Source: Octopus sinensis
Taxonomy: Eukaryota
Length of the DNA: 64,000 nucleotides
Assembly: GCF_006345805.1 (NCBI RefSeq)
Contig: NC_043000.1
Location: 21,700,001 to 21,764,000, forward strand
Direction of reading: 5' to 3'
Position numbers and translations under genes: made by a program. Below, in pieces: positions 1 through 11,753 of the stretch (the first letter of the stretch is position 1; every line of letters starts with the position of its first letter). Below the pieces are notes generated by a model. It worked only from the letters and a program-made list of their open reading frames with translations. It ran no database searches and had not been told where the DNA came from.

Positions 1-452
1 GCACATTATACATACATGTGTGTATAGATGAATATATAAATACATTTAAATATCTATATACACTTTTGGGCGATCTTTCTGTTTCTTAGAGATAACTTTA
101 GATCTTATTTTCGTCCTAAAAAACTTTGTATGGAGTGAATGGTTACCTCTATGGAAATATATACATACACGTTATACATACATGTGTGCATAGATGAATA
201 TATAAATACATTTATATATCTATATACACTTTTGGGCGATCTTCGTGCTACTTAGAGATAACTTTAGATCTTATTTTCGTCCTAAAAAACTTTGTGCGGA
301 GTGAATGGTTACGTGTATGGAAATATATACACACACATTATACATACATCTGTATATAGATGAATATATAAATACATTTAAATATCTATATACACTTTTG
401 GGTGATCTTTCTGCTACTTGGATATAGGTCTTATATTCGTCCTAAAAAACTT
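1..452. repeat. Tandem ~166-bp subrepeat, ~2.7 copies, runs off the window start
   Basis: Unit 'cacattatacatacatgtgtgtatagatgaatat...' recurs at ~2, ~168 and ~334; contiguous with the array at 444-2801. Confidence 0.85.
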
Positions 453-2386
453 TCCTGTCACACACTCACGCACACGCACACACACACACACACACGCACC
501 CTCACACACACACACGCACACACACACACTCACACACACACACGTTAGCTTACAATTTTATTTATATATTTGCGTGTCTATGTGTGTAAAGAGGAAGTGG
601 CAGAGTGAAAGAGTCACTCACTACAAAAAGTGAATTACTTTCACTTTATTCGTTGCACACTGTGTGTGTGCGTGTGCGTGTGGTGTAGGCCACACTAAGA
701 GAAGCATTTGACTTAGACACCACAATGTGAGTTTTCTCTAAATTTTGCTTAATTGGGGTTGAAATTTTAAAAACTGGACCTGGCACGACCCAATGCATTC
801 TACTCTTAAAAATGCTAGGTAAATTGTAATTGAAGAAATCCTATATTGTAGATTTCTATAAGATACAAAGGGAGGCAGATAAAATCTGCCTTTTATAATA
901 AGAGATAAAAAACTTTCCTGTCACACACTCACGCACACGCACACACACACACACACACGCACCCTCACACACACACACACGCACACACATACACACTCAC
1001 ACACACGCACACACACACGTTAGCTTACAATTTTATTTATATATTTGCATGTCTATGTGTGTAAAGAGGAAGTGGCAGAGTGAAAGAGTCACTCACTACA
1101 AAAAGTGAATTACTTTCACTTTATTCGTTGCACACTGTGTGTGTGCGTGTGCGTGTGGTGTAGGCCACACTAAGAGAAGCATTTGACTTAGACACCACAA
1201 TGTGAGTTTTCTCTAAATTTTGCTTAATTGGGGTTGAAATTTTAAAAACTGGACCTGGCACGACCCGATGCATTCTACTCTTAAAAATGCTAGGTAAATT
1301 GTAATTGAAGAAATCCTATATTGTAGATTTCTATAAGATACAAAGGGAGGCAGATAAAATCTGCCTTTTATAATAAGAGATAAAAAACTTTCCTGTCACA
1401 CACTCACGCACACGCACACACACACACACCACGCACCCTCACACACACACACACGCACACACATACACACTCACACACACGCACACACACACGTTAGCTT
1501 ACAATTTTATTATATATTTGCATGTCTATGTGTGTAAAGAGGAAGTTGCAGAGTGAAAGAGTCACTCACTACAAAAAGTGAATTACTTTCACTTTATTCG
1601 TTGCACACTGTGTGTGTGGCGTGTGCGTGTGGTGTAGGCCACACTAAGAGAAGCATTTGACTTAGACACCACAATGTGAGTTTTCTCTAGATTTTGCTTA
1701 ATTGGGGTTGAAATTTTAAAAACTGGACCTGGCACGACCCAATGCATTCTACTCTTAAAAATGCTAGGTAAATTGTAATTGAAGAAATCCTATATTGTAG
1801 ATTTCTATAAGATACAAAGGGAGGCAGATAAAATCTGCCTTTTATAATAAGAGATAAAAAACTTTCCTGTCACACACTCACGCACACGCACACACACACA
1901 CACACACGCACCCTCACACACACACACACGCACACACATACACACTCACACACACGCACACACACACGTTAGCTTACAATTTTATTTATATATTTGCATG
2001 TCTATGTGTGTAAAGAGGAAGTGGCAGAGTGAAAGAGTCACTCACTACAAAAAGTGAATTACTTTCACTTTATTCGTTGCACACTGTGTGTGTGCGTGTG
2101 CGTGTGGTGTAGGCCACACTAAGAGAAGCATTTGACTTAGACACCACAATGTGAGTTTTCTCTAGATTTTGCTTAATTGGGGTTGAAATTTTAAAAACTG
2201 GACCTGGCACGACCCAATGCATTCTACTCTTAAAAATGCTAGGTAAATTGTAATTGAAGAAATCCTATATTGTAGATTTCTATAAGATACAAAGGGAGGC
2301 AGATAAAATCTGCCTTTTATAATAAGATAAAAAACTTTCCTGTCACACACTCACGCACACGCACACACACACACACACACACGCAC

Positions 2387-2437
<51 letters not shown>

Positions 2438-2801
2438 CACACGTTAGCTTACAATTTTATTTATATATTTGCATGTCTATGTGTGTAAGAGGAAGTGGCA
2501 GAGTGAAAGAGTCACTCACTACAAAAAGTGAATTACTTTCACTTTATTCGTTGCACACTGTGTGTGTGCGTGTGCGTGTGGTGTAGGCCACACTAAGAGA
2601 AGCATTTGACTTAGACACCACAATGTGAGTTTTCTCTAAATTTTGCTTAATTGGGGTTGAAATTTTAAAAACTGGACCTGGCACGACCCGATGCATTCTA
2701 CTCTTAAAAATGCTAGGTAAATTGTAATTGAAGAAATCCTATATTGTAGATTTCTATAAGATACAAAGGGAGGCAGATAAAATCTGCCTTTTATAATAAG
2801 A
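444..2801 (-). mobile_element. Five head-to-tail ~470-bp copies of a probable Helitron 5' segment
   Basis: Units start at ~444, 907, 1382, 1856 and 2329. On the minus strand each begins A|TCT(C)TTATTATAAAAGG, like the 5' ends of the complete Helitrons in this window, followed by an AGGCAGA-TAAAA-TCTGCCT hairpin. The tandem structure is certain; the Helitron identity is inferred. Confidence 0.55.
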
Positions 2802-3017
2802 GATATATATGTGTGTGTGTGTGTGTGTATATTTACATAACTATATATATATAGATATATATATATATACATACATAATATATATATATATATAGATATA
2901 TATATATATATATATACATACAATATATATATATGTATATATGGAACGTATACTCAATATATATATGAAATAATTGTATATACATATATTTACATGTATG
3001 TCTATATATATGTGTAT

Positions 3018-3051
<34 letters not shown>

Positions 3052-3227
3052 CATTATTGGTGAATTGAAGAAATAATGTTTTAATTTCAATTATCCGCAC
3101 CAACGCACGGTTGTAACGCCAGATGGTTGTACCTCCAACCGTGCTGTTTACTGCTGTGATTTTTGCTACTAAGGTATCGGTTAAACTTTTGATTAATCTA
3201 CTACAAGATTATTCATCTTTCTATTTT

Positions 3228-3304
<77 letters not shown>

Positions 3305-3767
3305 CGTAGATAGACACACAGACAGACAGATAGATATACATATATATAGAAGTTGGACCACTCATATACACAGCAAAGTTAACATGGTCAGCAGAATGTG
3401 TTCCAGGATTCTCAGATTTTTCCAGTCGAGAGATATCCTGATATCCTCACCATTATCCTTCTCTTCTCCAAATAACAATTTGGCACAATTATTTCACATC
3501 AAGTGGCCCCACTCTCTTTAATATGATATCAAAACACATTAAAGCAGAAACAGACCCCATAAAGTTCAAGAAGTCTCTGGAAAAATTCCTTCAAAAAATC
3601 CCGAATAAACTTCGTTTACCAAGATATGTCTCTGTAAACTATAACTCTCTACTTGGGTGGAACATGGTGTCCGAATTCTGATTTGACTAACATCGCAAGG
3701 TGTATATATATATATATATAATATATATATATACACATATACACATGTACATACATATATACATATA

Positions 3768-3823
<56 letters not shown>

Positions 3824-3914
3824 ATATATATATATATATATATGTGTATATGTATATATGTATATATATATATATGGCCGTATATATATATATGTATATA
3901 TATATATATGGCCG

Positions 3915-3989
<75 letters not shown>

Positions 3990-4212
3990 GGCCGTTTGCC
4001 AGCTCTGTCTGGCACCTGTGCGGGTGGCACGTAAAAAGCACCCACTACACTCACGGAGTGGTTGGCGTTAGGAAGGGCATCCAGCCATAGAAACACTGCC
4101 AGATCTGACTGGGCCTGATGAAGCCTTCCAGCTTCACAGACCCCAGTTGACCCGTCCAACCCATGCTAGCATGGAAAACGGACGCTAAATGATGATGATG
4201 ATGATGATGATG
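3990..4212 (+). mobile_element. RTE LINE 3'UTR fragment with (GAT)n tail
   Basis: Ends 'ccaacccatgctagcatggaaaacggacgctaaatgatgatg'; the same terminus is joined to RTE ORF ends at 46917-48538 and 61735-62350. Confidence 0.75.
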
Positions 4213-4894
4213 AAAGGATGAAAGGCAAAGTCGACCTTGGTGGAATTTGAACTCAGAACATAACAGCAGACGAAATACTGCTAAGCATTTCACCCAGCGT
4301 CCTAACGTTTCTGGTACTACTGTATCTCATGGTTTCACAATTTCTGCAGATCATCAGTGGCAGTCCAGCTATTTGGACATTCAGTGCAAGGCTGAGGTGC
4401 CACTGATGATCTGCAGCAATGGTGAAATCACAGGATACAGTAGTGCTATTCACTATATCAGATAATCATTTCATCAGTCAATACAGTCAATGCTTAATGA
4501 GCACATGTCATTAACATGAGATGGTATCTTTGAATGTTAATAGCAGTTTAAGTGTAATATAGACAACACACCCAATTTAAGTTGGGTGTGTTTATTATTA
4601 CTCATTACAAATACTGCTGTTGTCAATAATAGCTAATTTAATAGATTTTTAAATTAATGAGAACTTTTTGTCATTTTTTTTAGAAAATTTTTTAAGGACA
4701 TTATACATAACAGTGTGGTGAACTTGAATCTGTCTACGCATAAGTAACTAATTTTATCAGAATTTTCTTCAAATATTTTAGTGTGTAATAAAATTACACA
4801 TCTTGTAATACAATTTAAATTCTTCAATTTTGTCATAGGCTAAGAAAAAAAAACTATCCTGAAAAAAATTTTAATTTAATAGATAAATGGATAT

Positions 4895-5125
4895 ATTTCT
4901 TTACTACCCACAAGGGGCTAAACATAGAGGGGACAAACAAGGACAGACAAAGGGATTAAGTCGATTACATCGACCCAGTGCGAAACTGGTACTTTATTTA
5001 TCGACCCCGAGAGGGTGAAAGGCAAAGTCGACCTCGGCGGAATTTGAACTCAGAACATAACGACAGATGAAATACCGCTAAGCATTTCGCCCGGCGCGCT
5101 AGCGTTACTGTCAGCTCGCCACCTC
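4895..5125 (-). mobile_element. tRNA-derived SINE family B with target-site duplication
   Basis: Minus strand has B-box-like 'ctgagttcaaattccgcc' and central 'cctttcaccctctcggggtcgataaataaagtacca' (MetaSINE/MESC-like by recollection); flanked by the direct repeat taatagataaatgg. Confidence 0.8.
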
Positions 5126-5826
5126 ATAATAGATAAATGGAATACAATTAACCTTTTTATTTCCAACCCATTTGAGACCATCCTATGAAAGTATTCATAT
5201 TGTAATTAAAATATCATGGGGAATGATAGAATAAGGTTTCAGTTGGACAAAACCAACATTGTATATGCTTCCATATAAAGTTTCAGATATTTCAACGCAC
5301 CCCTTCAGAATCTTAATTATATTATAAATCAATTAAAACACAAAGCATTCTAGTAATTAGAAATACTGTCATGAAATGCTTTTAAGATATCGTCATCATA
5401 ATCATCATTTAACGTCCGTTTTCCATGCTAGCATGGGTTGGACGGTTTGACTGGGGTCTGGGGGGGGGGCAGGAGGCTGCACCAGGCTCCAGTCTGATCT
5501 GGCAGTGTTTCTACAGCTGGATGCCCTTCCTAACGCCAACCACTCCGTGAGTTTAGTGGGTGCTTTTTACGTGCCACCGGCACAGGTGCCAGGGGAGGCT
5601 GGCACAATCTTAATTTATTTTGAAGATCAAGTTGGCTCTACTCACAGTATAAATTACACCATCAGTAACTGTTATTTAAAATAATAACATTATATAAACA
5701 TTTATAATTTTTAATCAGAAGGATCAATTTTAGACACATATTATAAGTTGTCAATGATTTCATTAATGTTTCCAAACCTATCTCTTCTCTGCTGATATCA
5801 GTTTTCAAAGAAAAACAATTGATCTA

Positions 5827-5837
5827 TTTATTTTATT
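5827..5837 (-). terminator. Tandem AATAAA polyadenylation signals of the TEX36-like gene
   Basis: Plus-strand TTTATT at 5827-5832 and 5832-5837, ~120 nt downstream of the minus-strand stop at 5957. Confidence 0.5.
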
Positions 5838-5956
5838 CACATTGTGTAAAGATACACAGTTTTTCTATCACCAATAAAAAAAATATATATTGTCAAATTA
5901 TATTTCACAATTTCTATTTTCCTATGTTTAATTAAGATGAGAGAACTTTCAAACCT

Positions 5957-6412
5957 TCAGATCTGAGTGGCTTTGTCTTTTGATACTATTAAAGATGTTG
6001 TAGATGTAGAAGCATTCTCTTTAGCAGGCCGTTGTACATGAGGTTTCTCCCACCTTAAACACAGAGCAACACTTTCCTGAAGAATGGGGGGAGCAGTTTT
6101 GGGACGCTGAAAAGGTGGTTTACACTTGTGACCCAAATCTTGCTCCTTCTTTTGAATGAATTCGTCGTAAGGATTTGCATTACCATGTGAAATTTGATAT
6201 GTAGTTATTCCGTATCGCTGGTTATGTAAAGTTGATGCTGTCACATGAAAAATATTTGGTGGGGGATATTTGTGGTGATCCAGGTGGAACGTCTTTTTAT
6301 AGGTTGAAAGGTAAGGCCACGAAGAATCCAAGTGAGTTGTATCAAATTTCCGTGGCAATACTCCATCATAAGAACAGTAATATGCTGAGTCTATGTGTTT
6401 TCGACCCAAACC
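5957..6412 (-). CDS. TEX36-like: TEX36-like HDNR-domain protein, terminal coding exon 4 (GLGRKHID...KATQI*)
   Basis: Strong acceptor ttttttttctttttttcag|GGTTTGGGTCGA; 151 codons plus TGA; GLGRK matches the TEX36 'GLGRKK' block that follows HDNR. Confidence 0.85.
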   Translation of the reverse strand, partial: GLGRKHIDSAYYCSYDGVLPRKFDTTHLDSSWPYLSTYKKTFHLDHHKYPPPNIFHVTASTLHNQRYGITTYQISHGNANPYDEFIQKKEQDLGHKCKPPFQRPKTAPPILQESVALCLRWEKPHVQRPAKENASTSTTSLIVSKDKATQI

Positions 6413-6739
6413 CTGAAAAAAAGAAAAAAAAACTGCCAAGATATATGATATATATAGCATTTACTTTAAAGACTTGCATTATTGATACATTCTGCTAGGA
6501 AATCTAACCTCTTCAACCAAATATCTTATTTAGAGACATTTTATTTTTGCAGAAGCAACTAGGCAAAATATCATAGGATTGGCAGCATATTTTATTACCA
6601 TTAATATGCTTCCTTTTGTTTTATTGAAAATTCTCTAATACTGGACATATTGTTCATTGTCTGAAAAGATCTTATCAAGTTTGAGAGTAGCTATTAATTT
6701 CAAGTACAGATTACAAAAAAGGGCTACAACAGCCCTGTA

Positions 6740-6990
6740 TTATTTGTCACAGATTGTGTAAGAGGGCTACAATAGTCTTGTGTTATTTGCCACACTTAAA
6801 TGAGTGTAAATGACATTGCATACTATAATATTTATAATTGTAAAAGTAAAGACTCCAAGAAAATTATAGGATGTTGAACATGCACTTAGCTCTGAATAAG
6901 GAGAATACAGGAGGCAGTCGAAAAAGCCAGCTTCTATATATGGCTGAAGCGGGAAGACCAAAAATGGCTTGAAAGTCATAACATGCCGGC
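6740..6990 (+). mobile_element. Decayed C-terminus of a HERO/R2-like non-LTR retrotransposon
   Basis: 6905-6976 translates IQEAVEKASFYIWLKREDQKWLES, resembling the HERO C-terminal 'AAExASxWLWLKRxDxW' motif as I recall it; upstream frame is broken. Confidence 0.45.
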
Positions 6991-8195
6991 AGGAAAATAG
7001 CATCCCTAGGTGAGACAGGCTGACACTGAAGTAGCTTCGCTGACTGACAAGTGATGGTCTCATTTAGAGAATGTGTGGGCTAAGACTATGTGCCCTCCAT
7101 TGGTCAGTTAAAGTTTAGACAGTGTCATGTAACAACGTGCTGGGGCTGCCTGCTGGAGCCTATCACCAGGTATTTAAAGGGAAATTTGACAAGGCAGGCA
7201 TTCGCCCACTGACACTCATTGACATTACATCGAAGAGGCCAGGGAACAGAAGAAAGAAGGAGAAAGAAGACATGCTACTCTACACCAGAGCTGAAGACAT
7301 CTCTGAAAGGAAGCGGGCTACCACGTCAAAACGGTAGAGGAGTAGGGGCCGAAATGGACGTGGTTCCTCCTGATGATGTCTTCAGCTAACTGAATCCTAT
7401 AAAGGAGCTGTTGTGGTAGCAGACCACGAAACATGGTTGAAATTCCCACAGCAGAAACAGTTGTAAGATAATGAAATGATTACATAAATCCCATTCTTTT
7501 GTGAGTCATTGATTAATATTACACTCTGTACTCTCCTGACACTTTTTTACTCAACTAAGACGTAAGTATATTAAGCTCTATCAACTGGATATTAGTAACA
7601 TATTTCTTTATTGTCCACAAGGGGCTAAACATAGAGGGAACAAACAAGGACAGACAAAGGGATTAAGTCAATTACATCGACCCCAGTGCGAAATCATAAA
7701 ATTAAAATAGTCAATTTAAGTCTGTCTCCCATAAAATTATATGATCACAGAATTCTGTTTTGATATATACTTACACATACACACACACACACACACACAT
7801 ACACACACACTCACACACACACACACATACATACACACATACACAATTGTCGTCACCAGTAGAGTAATGTCTCCTCAAAATTTTCAGCTTCAATATTCTA
7901 TCATCATCATCGTCATCATCATCGTTAGCATCATCAATGCTTTATGTCTACTTTTCAGGGTGGCATGACTTGAATAGATTCTTATGATCCCAGTCAGTTT
8001 ACATTTGGAGTAATTGCCTTAAAAGATGAATCAACCATGTCTCACTTCATACTTTCCATTCTTTGGCATGGTTTCTACAGCTGGATGCCCTTCTTAACAA
8101 CCACCACTTTACAAGATGTACTGGGTGTATCTTATCATAGCACCCACACTAGAAAGTCTGCCTTGTCTCCCACAAACTAAAGAGTTCACTCTATT

Positions 8196-8431
8196 TTAAC
8201 CTTTTCAATACCAACCTGGCTGAAACCACTTCTGGCTCTGTAATATAAATGTCTTGTTTTCATAAGTATTGATTTCAAATCTTCCACCAAACCTTAGTGA
8301 CAATTTATGTTCCTAACACTAGTTTAATGATAACTATGTTATTTTACTAAATCCTTTGTTATGCTTAAAATTAAATTGTTATGTTTAAAACACAGAACAT
8401 CTTAACAGAAATATGGTGACAAAAGGGTTAA
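8196..8431. mobile_element. piggyBac-type MITE (TTAA...TTAA)
   Basis: ttaaCCTTTT...AAAAGGGttaa ends; homologous copies at 8447-9151 and 15915-16143. Confidence 0.75.
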
Positions 8432-8446
8432 CAAATGTAGAGGTGT

Positions 8447-8610
8447 TTAACCCTTTCGAATACCAACCCAGCTGAAACCGGCTCTGGCTCTGTAGTACAA
8501 ATGTCTTGTTTTCATAAGTTTTGAATTAAAATCTTCCACCAAACCTTAGTTACAATTTATGTTCCTAATACTAGCTTAAAGATAACTATGTCATTTTACT
8601 AAATTCTTTG

Positions 8611-8657
<47 letters not shown>

Positions 8658-9151
8658 GTTTAATGTCTGCTTTCCATGCTAGCATGGGTTGGACAATTTG
8701 ACTGAGGACTGGTGAACTAGATGGCTGCACCAAGCTCCAATCTGATCTGGCAGAGTTTCTACAGCTGGATGCCCTTCCTAACACCAACCACTCCAAGAGT
8801 GTAGTGGGTGCTTTTACGTGCCACCGGCATGAGGGCCAGTCAGGCAGTACTGGCAACGGCTATGCTCAAATGGTACTTTTTATGTGCCACCTGCACTGGT
8901 AACGACCTCGCTCGAATATTTTTTCGCGTGCCACCAGCAAAAGTGTCAGTAAAGCGACGCAGTAAATGATCGCGCTCGAATGGTGCTTTTTACGTGCCAC
9001 CAGCACAGAACCCAGTTTGTTGCTCTGGGAACAATCACGCTCAGATGGTATTCTTAGCGCTCCACTAGCATGGATGCCAGTCATCAAAATTTAGAATTAA
9101 TTGAAAGAAACACAGAGCATCTTAACAGAAATACGGTAACAAAAGGGTTAA
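8447..9151. mobile_element. piggyBac-type MITE interrupted by an RTE 3'UTR insertion (~8612-9085)
   Basis: ttaaCCCTTT...AAAGGGttaa; MITE sequence resumes after a (CAT)n-tailed element. Confidence 0.75.
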
Positions 9152-9346
9152 GTTGTTTCCATTTGTCCAATACAAATGTTGCTAAAAGTGTTAACAAAAG
9201 GGGTGAATGAGGAAAGTGAACGAGTCTGATAGAGAAACCAAAATCATGGAAAAGTAGGGGAAAGAGGCAATTCAATACCATTGGCCTGAATGAGTATTTT
9301 TTGGTCCTGTTAATTATTTAGAGAATTTAGAATAAAAACATCTTAC

Positions 9347-9424
9347 CTTGCCAAAGATATGAGCATCCCCTTTAAATGCCTTTCGGTTATCATGAATGGA
9401 AAAAACATGTTTTGACGGGGGTTG
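9347..9424 (-). CDS. TEX36-like: TEX36-like coding exon 3 (QPPSKHVFSIHDNRKAFKGDAHIFGK)
   Basis: ttctgttttag|CAA...AAG|gtaaga; 78 nt, phase 0-0; contains FSIHDNR (TEX36 FSVHDNR). Confidence 0.9.
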
Positions 9425-9710
9425 CTAAAACAGAATACAAATAATTTGACTTGAGTAATTAATATAAATTATTTGCTAATTAATTCAAACATCAATACTT
9501 AGGATTCAAGTTCAGTTGTTTATACATAAACTTTGATTATTATTCCAACAATCATATATGTGTGTGTATATGTGTGTGAGTGAGTGTATGTGCATGTGTA
9601 TGTAGGCATGTACATCCCAAAGAGATACACAGACAAAATGGTATGATTACAATCATATTCAACTTTTCCTTTTTCTTCTCTAGGCTCTACTCCTTTTATA
9701 TTTATTCTTC

Positions 9711-9812
9711 ACTCTGATGAAGCTCCGTGTTTCTGATCAGTTTTATTACCAAATATGATAAATATTTTTAGTATATCAATGGCAATACATTGGGAGCAGA
9801 AACAGCTGTTAG
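9711..9812 (+). ncRNA. Penelope-type type I hammerhead ribozyme-like motif with long stem II insert
   Basis: CTGATGA (9714-9720), A, GCTCC...GGAGC, A, GAAAC (9799-9803), palindromic AGCT, then GTT; stem I is only ~2 bp. Confidence 0.4.
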
Positions 9813-9826
9813 ATAGGATGCAATCT

Positions 9827-10365
9827 ATGAGTGAAACTGGTATGAGTGAGACTGGTATGAGTGAGACTGGCATGAGTGAAACTGGTATGAGTGAGACGGG
9901 CATGAGTGAGACTGGTATGAGTGAGACTGGTATGAGTGAGACTGGTATGAGTGAGACTGGTATGAGTGAGACTGGTATGGGTGAGACTGGTATGAGTGAG
10001 ACTGGTATGGGTGAGACTGGTATGAGTGAGATTGGTATGAGTGAGACTGGTATGAGTGAGACTGGTATGAGTGAAACTGGTATGAGTGAGACTGGTATGA
10101 GTAAACTGGTATGAGTGAAACTGGTATGAGTGACATTGATATGAGTGAGACTGGCTTGAGTGAGACTGGTATAAGTGAAACTGGTATGAGTGAGACTGGT
10201 ATGAGTGAGACTGGTATGAGTGAGACTGGTATGAGTGAGATTGGTACGAGTGAGACTGGTACGAGTGAGACAGGTACGAGTGAAACTGGTATGAGTGAAA
10301 CTGGTATGAGTGAGACTGGTATGAGTGAGACTGGTATGAGTGAAACTGGTATGAGTGAGACTGGT
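9827..10365. repeat. 15-bp minisatellite (ATGAGTGAGACTGGT)n, ~36 units
   Basis: Direct reading; one 14-bp unit near 10100 shifts the (MSETG)n frame. Confidence 0.95.
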
Positions 10366-10799
10366 ATAATGAAGAGTAAAATACTAAACTACAAAGTGCA
10401 TTACAATTTTGCATGGAAGATCTTAAGCCAAGCTAATGAGGGTGAGGCAAGCTTTATTAATTAGGTCATGTGGGCACAACACTCTTGAGTATGGACAGCA
10501 CGTTTGCTTATATACCAGCTTAATACATACATGTAAGAAGATTGCAATGCCTGCAGTAATTGTGCATTGTGAAATCTCTGACTAAGATTTCAGATTATCT
10601 AAACTTCATATCTCGCCATGGCTTCCTATCTGACTCATTAAATTCTGACATGAAATTAGCTTTCATTTATTCTGAATACACACTAATCTAATATACTACA
10701 CACAACCATTTAACAACCACCTCAGTCAGTCATTTGTTTCATGATCATGGTTCTTTCATTGCATCATTTTTTTTTGTCTTGTTTTCATTGTTAACACAT

Positions 10800-11580
10800 G
10801 ACCCCCTTTCTCTCTTTCTATCTATTTCTCTCTGTCTTTCTATAGCTATTTTTATCTCTCACTCTTTCTATTTCCCTAACTCTCTTTTTATCTCTCTTAG
10901 TATAGCTCTCTCTCTCTCTCTCTATCCGTCTGTCTGTCTCTCTATCTCTGTCTTTCTCTTTCTTTCTATCTCTCCTTCTCTTTCTATATATCTTTGTCTT
11001 TCTCTCTGTCTATTTCTCTTTCTCTCTTTCAATCTCTATCTCTTTCTATATCTTTCTTTCTATTACCTTCTCTCTACCTGTCTTTCTATATATCTCTGTC
11101 TCTCTCTTTCTATTTCTCTTTCCCTCTCTCTCTCTGTCTCTCTCTCTCTTTCTATCACTCCCTCTCTTTCTATATATCTCTGTTTCTTTCCCTCTCTCTC
11201 TCTCTATTTCTCCTTCTATCTCTCCCTCTCTATATATCACTGTCTCTCTCTTTCTGTTTCTCCTTCTTTCTCTCTCTCTTTCAATCTCTATCTCTTTCTA
11301 TATCTTTCTTTCTATTGCCCTCTCTCTATCTGTCTTTAAACCTTTTTCTATTTTCTCTCCCTGTTTATTTGTGTTCCTTTCTGTCAAAGAGCATAGGCTC
11401 GAAACGTAAAAGACTTTCTCATTTCCTGAGCGTTAAACTAATACATCTCTTTGTTGTTTACACACCCGTCTTCATCTTTTGTTTTTTTGTAAATTCTCAC
11501 TATATCTCTATATCTCTCTCTCTCTATTTCTCTTTCACCCTCTCTCTCTCTCTCTCTCTCTTTCTCTATGCTTTCCTCTA
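10800..11580. repeat. CT-rich low-complexity tract with internal duplications
   Basis: Pyrimidine-rich; the block 'tttcaatctctatctctttctatatctttctttctatt' occurs twice. Confidence 0.9.
11377..11412 (+). ncRNA. Degenerate minimal (Penelope pLTR-type) hammerhead motif
   Basis: CTTT-CTGTCAA-A-GAGC-atag-GCTC-GAAAC-GTA-AAAG: stems I and II pair, ACGT palindromic stem III, core mutated from CTGATGA. Confidence 0.5.
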
Positions 11581-11680
11581 TCAATCCTCTGACCCAATAT
11601 TTTCTCTCACCAAGAAAATGTTTTGATCCAACAAATCATATCAACTTTTTGTATTTGGCTTCCAAATACTCCTGTGTTTT

Positions 11681-11753
11681 GTCCCCATAGCTCAGTTGGT
11701 CAGAGCAAAAATCTAGTAAACTGGAGGTGGATGGTTCAAATCCTCCTGAAGCC
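11681..11753 (+). pseudogene. tRNA-Thr(AGT)-like pseudogene or SINE head
   Basis: D-arm AGCTCAGTTGGTCAGAGC, anticodon loop CT-AGT-AA, T-arm GGTTCAAATCC; acceptor and anticodon stems do not pair. Confidence 0.55.

Noticed and set aside
2636-4159. ORFs rich in YI/HT/CV repeats (also at 60486-61654 and elsewhere)
   Set aside because: Translations of (TA)n, (CA)n and (TG)n microsatellites, not genes.
9755-10464. (MSETG)n ORFs as a repetitive protein
   Set aside because: Frame broken by a 14-bp unit, no splice context, lies antisense in an intron.
10734-11626. 200-aa Ser/Leu/Phe-rich ORFs resembling membrane proteins
   Set aside because: Product of a CT-rich low-complexity tract.
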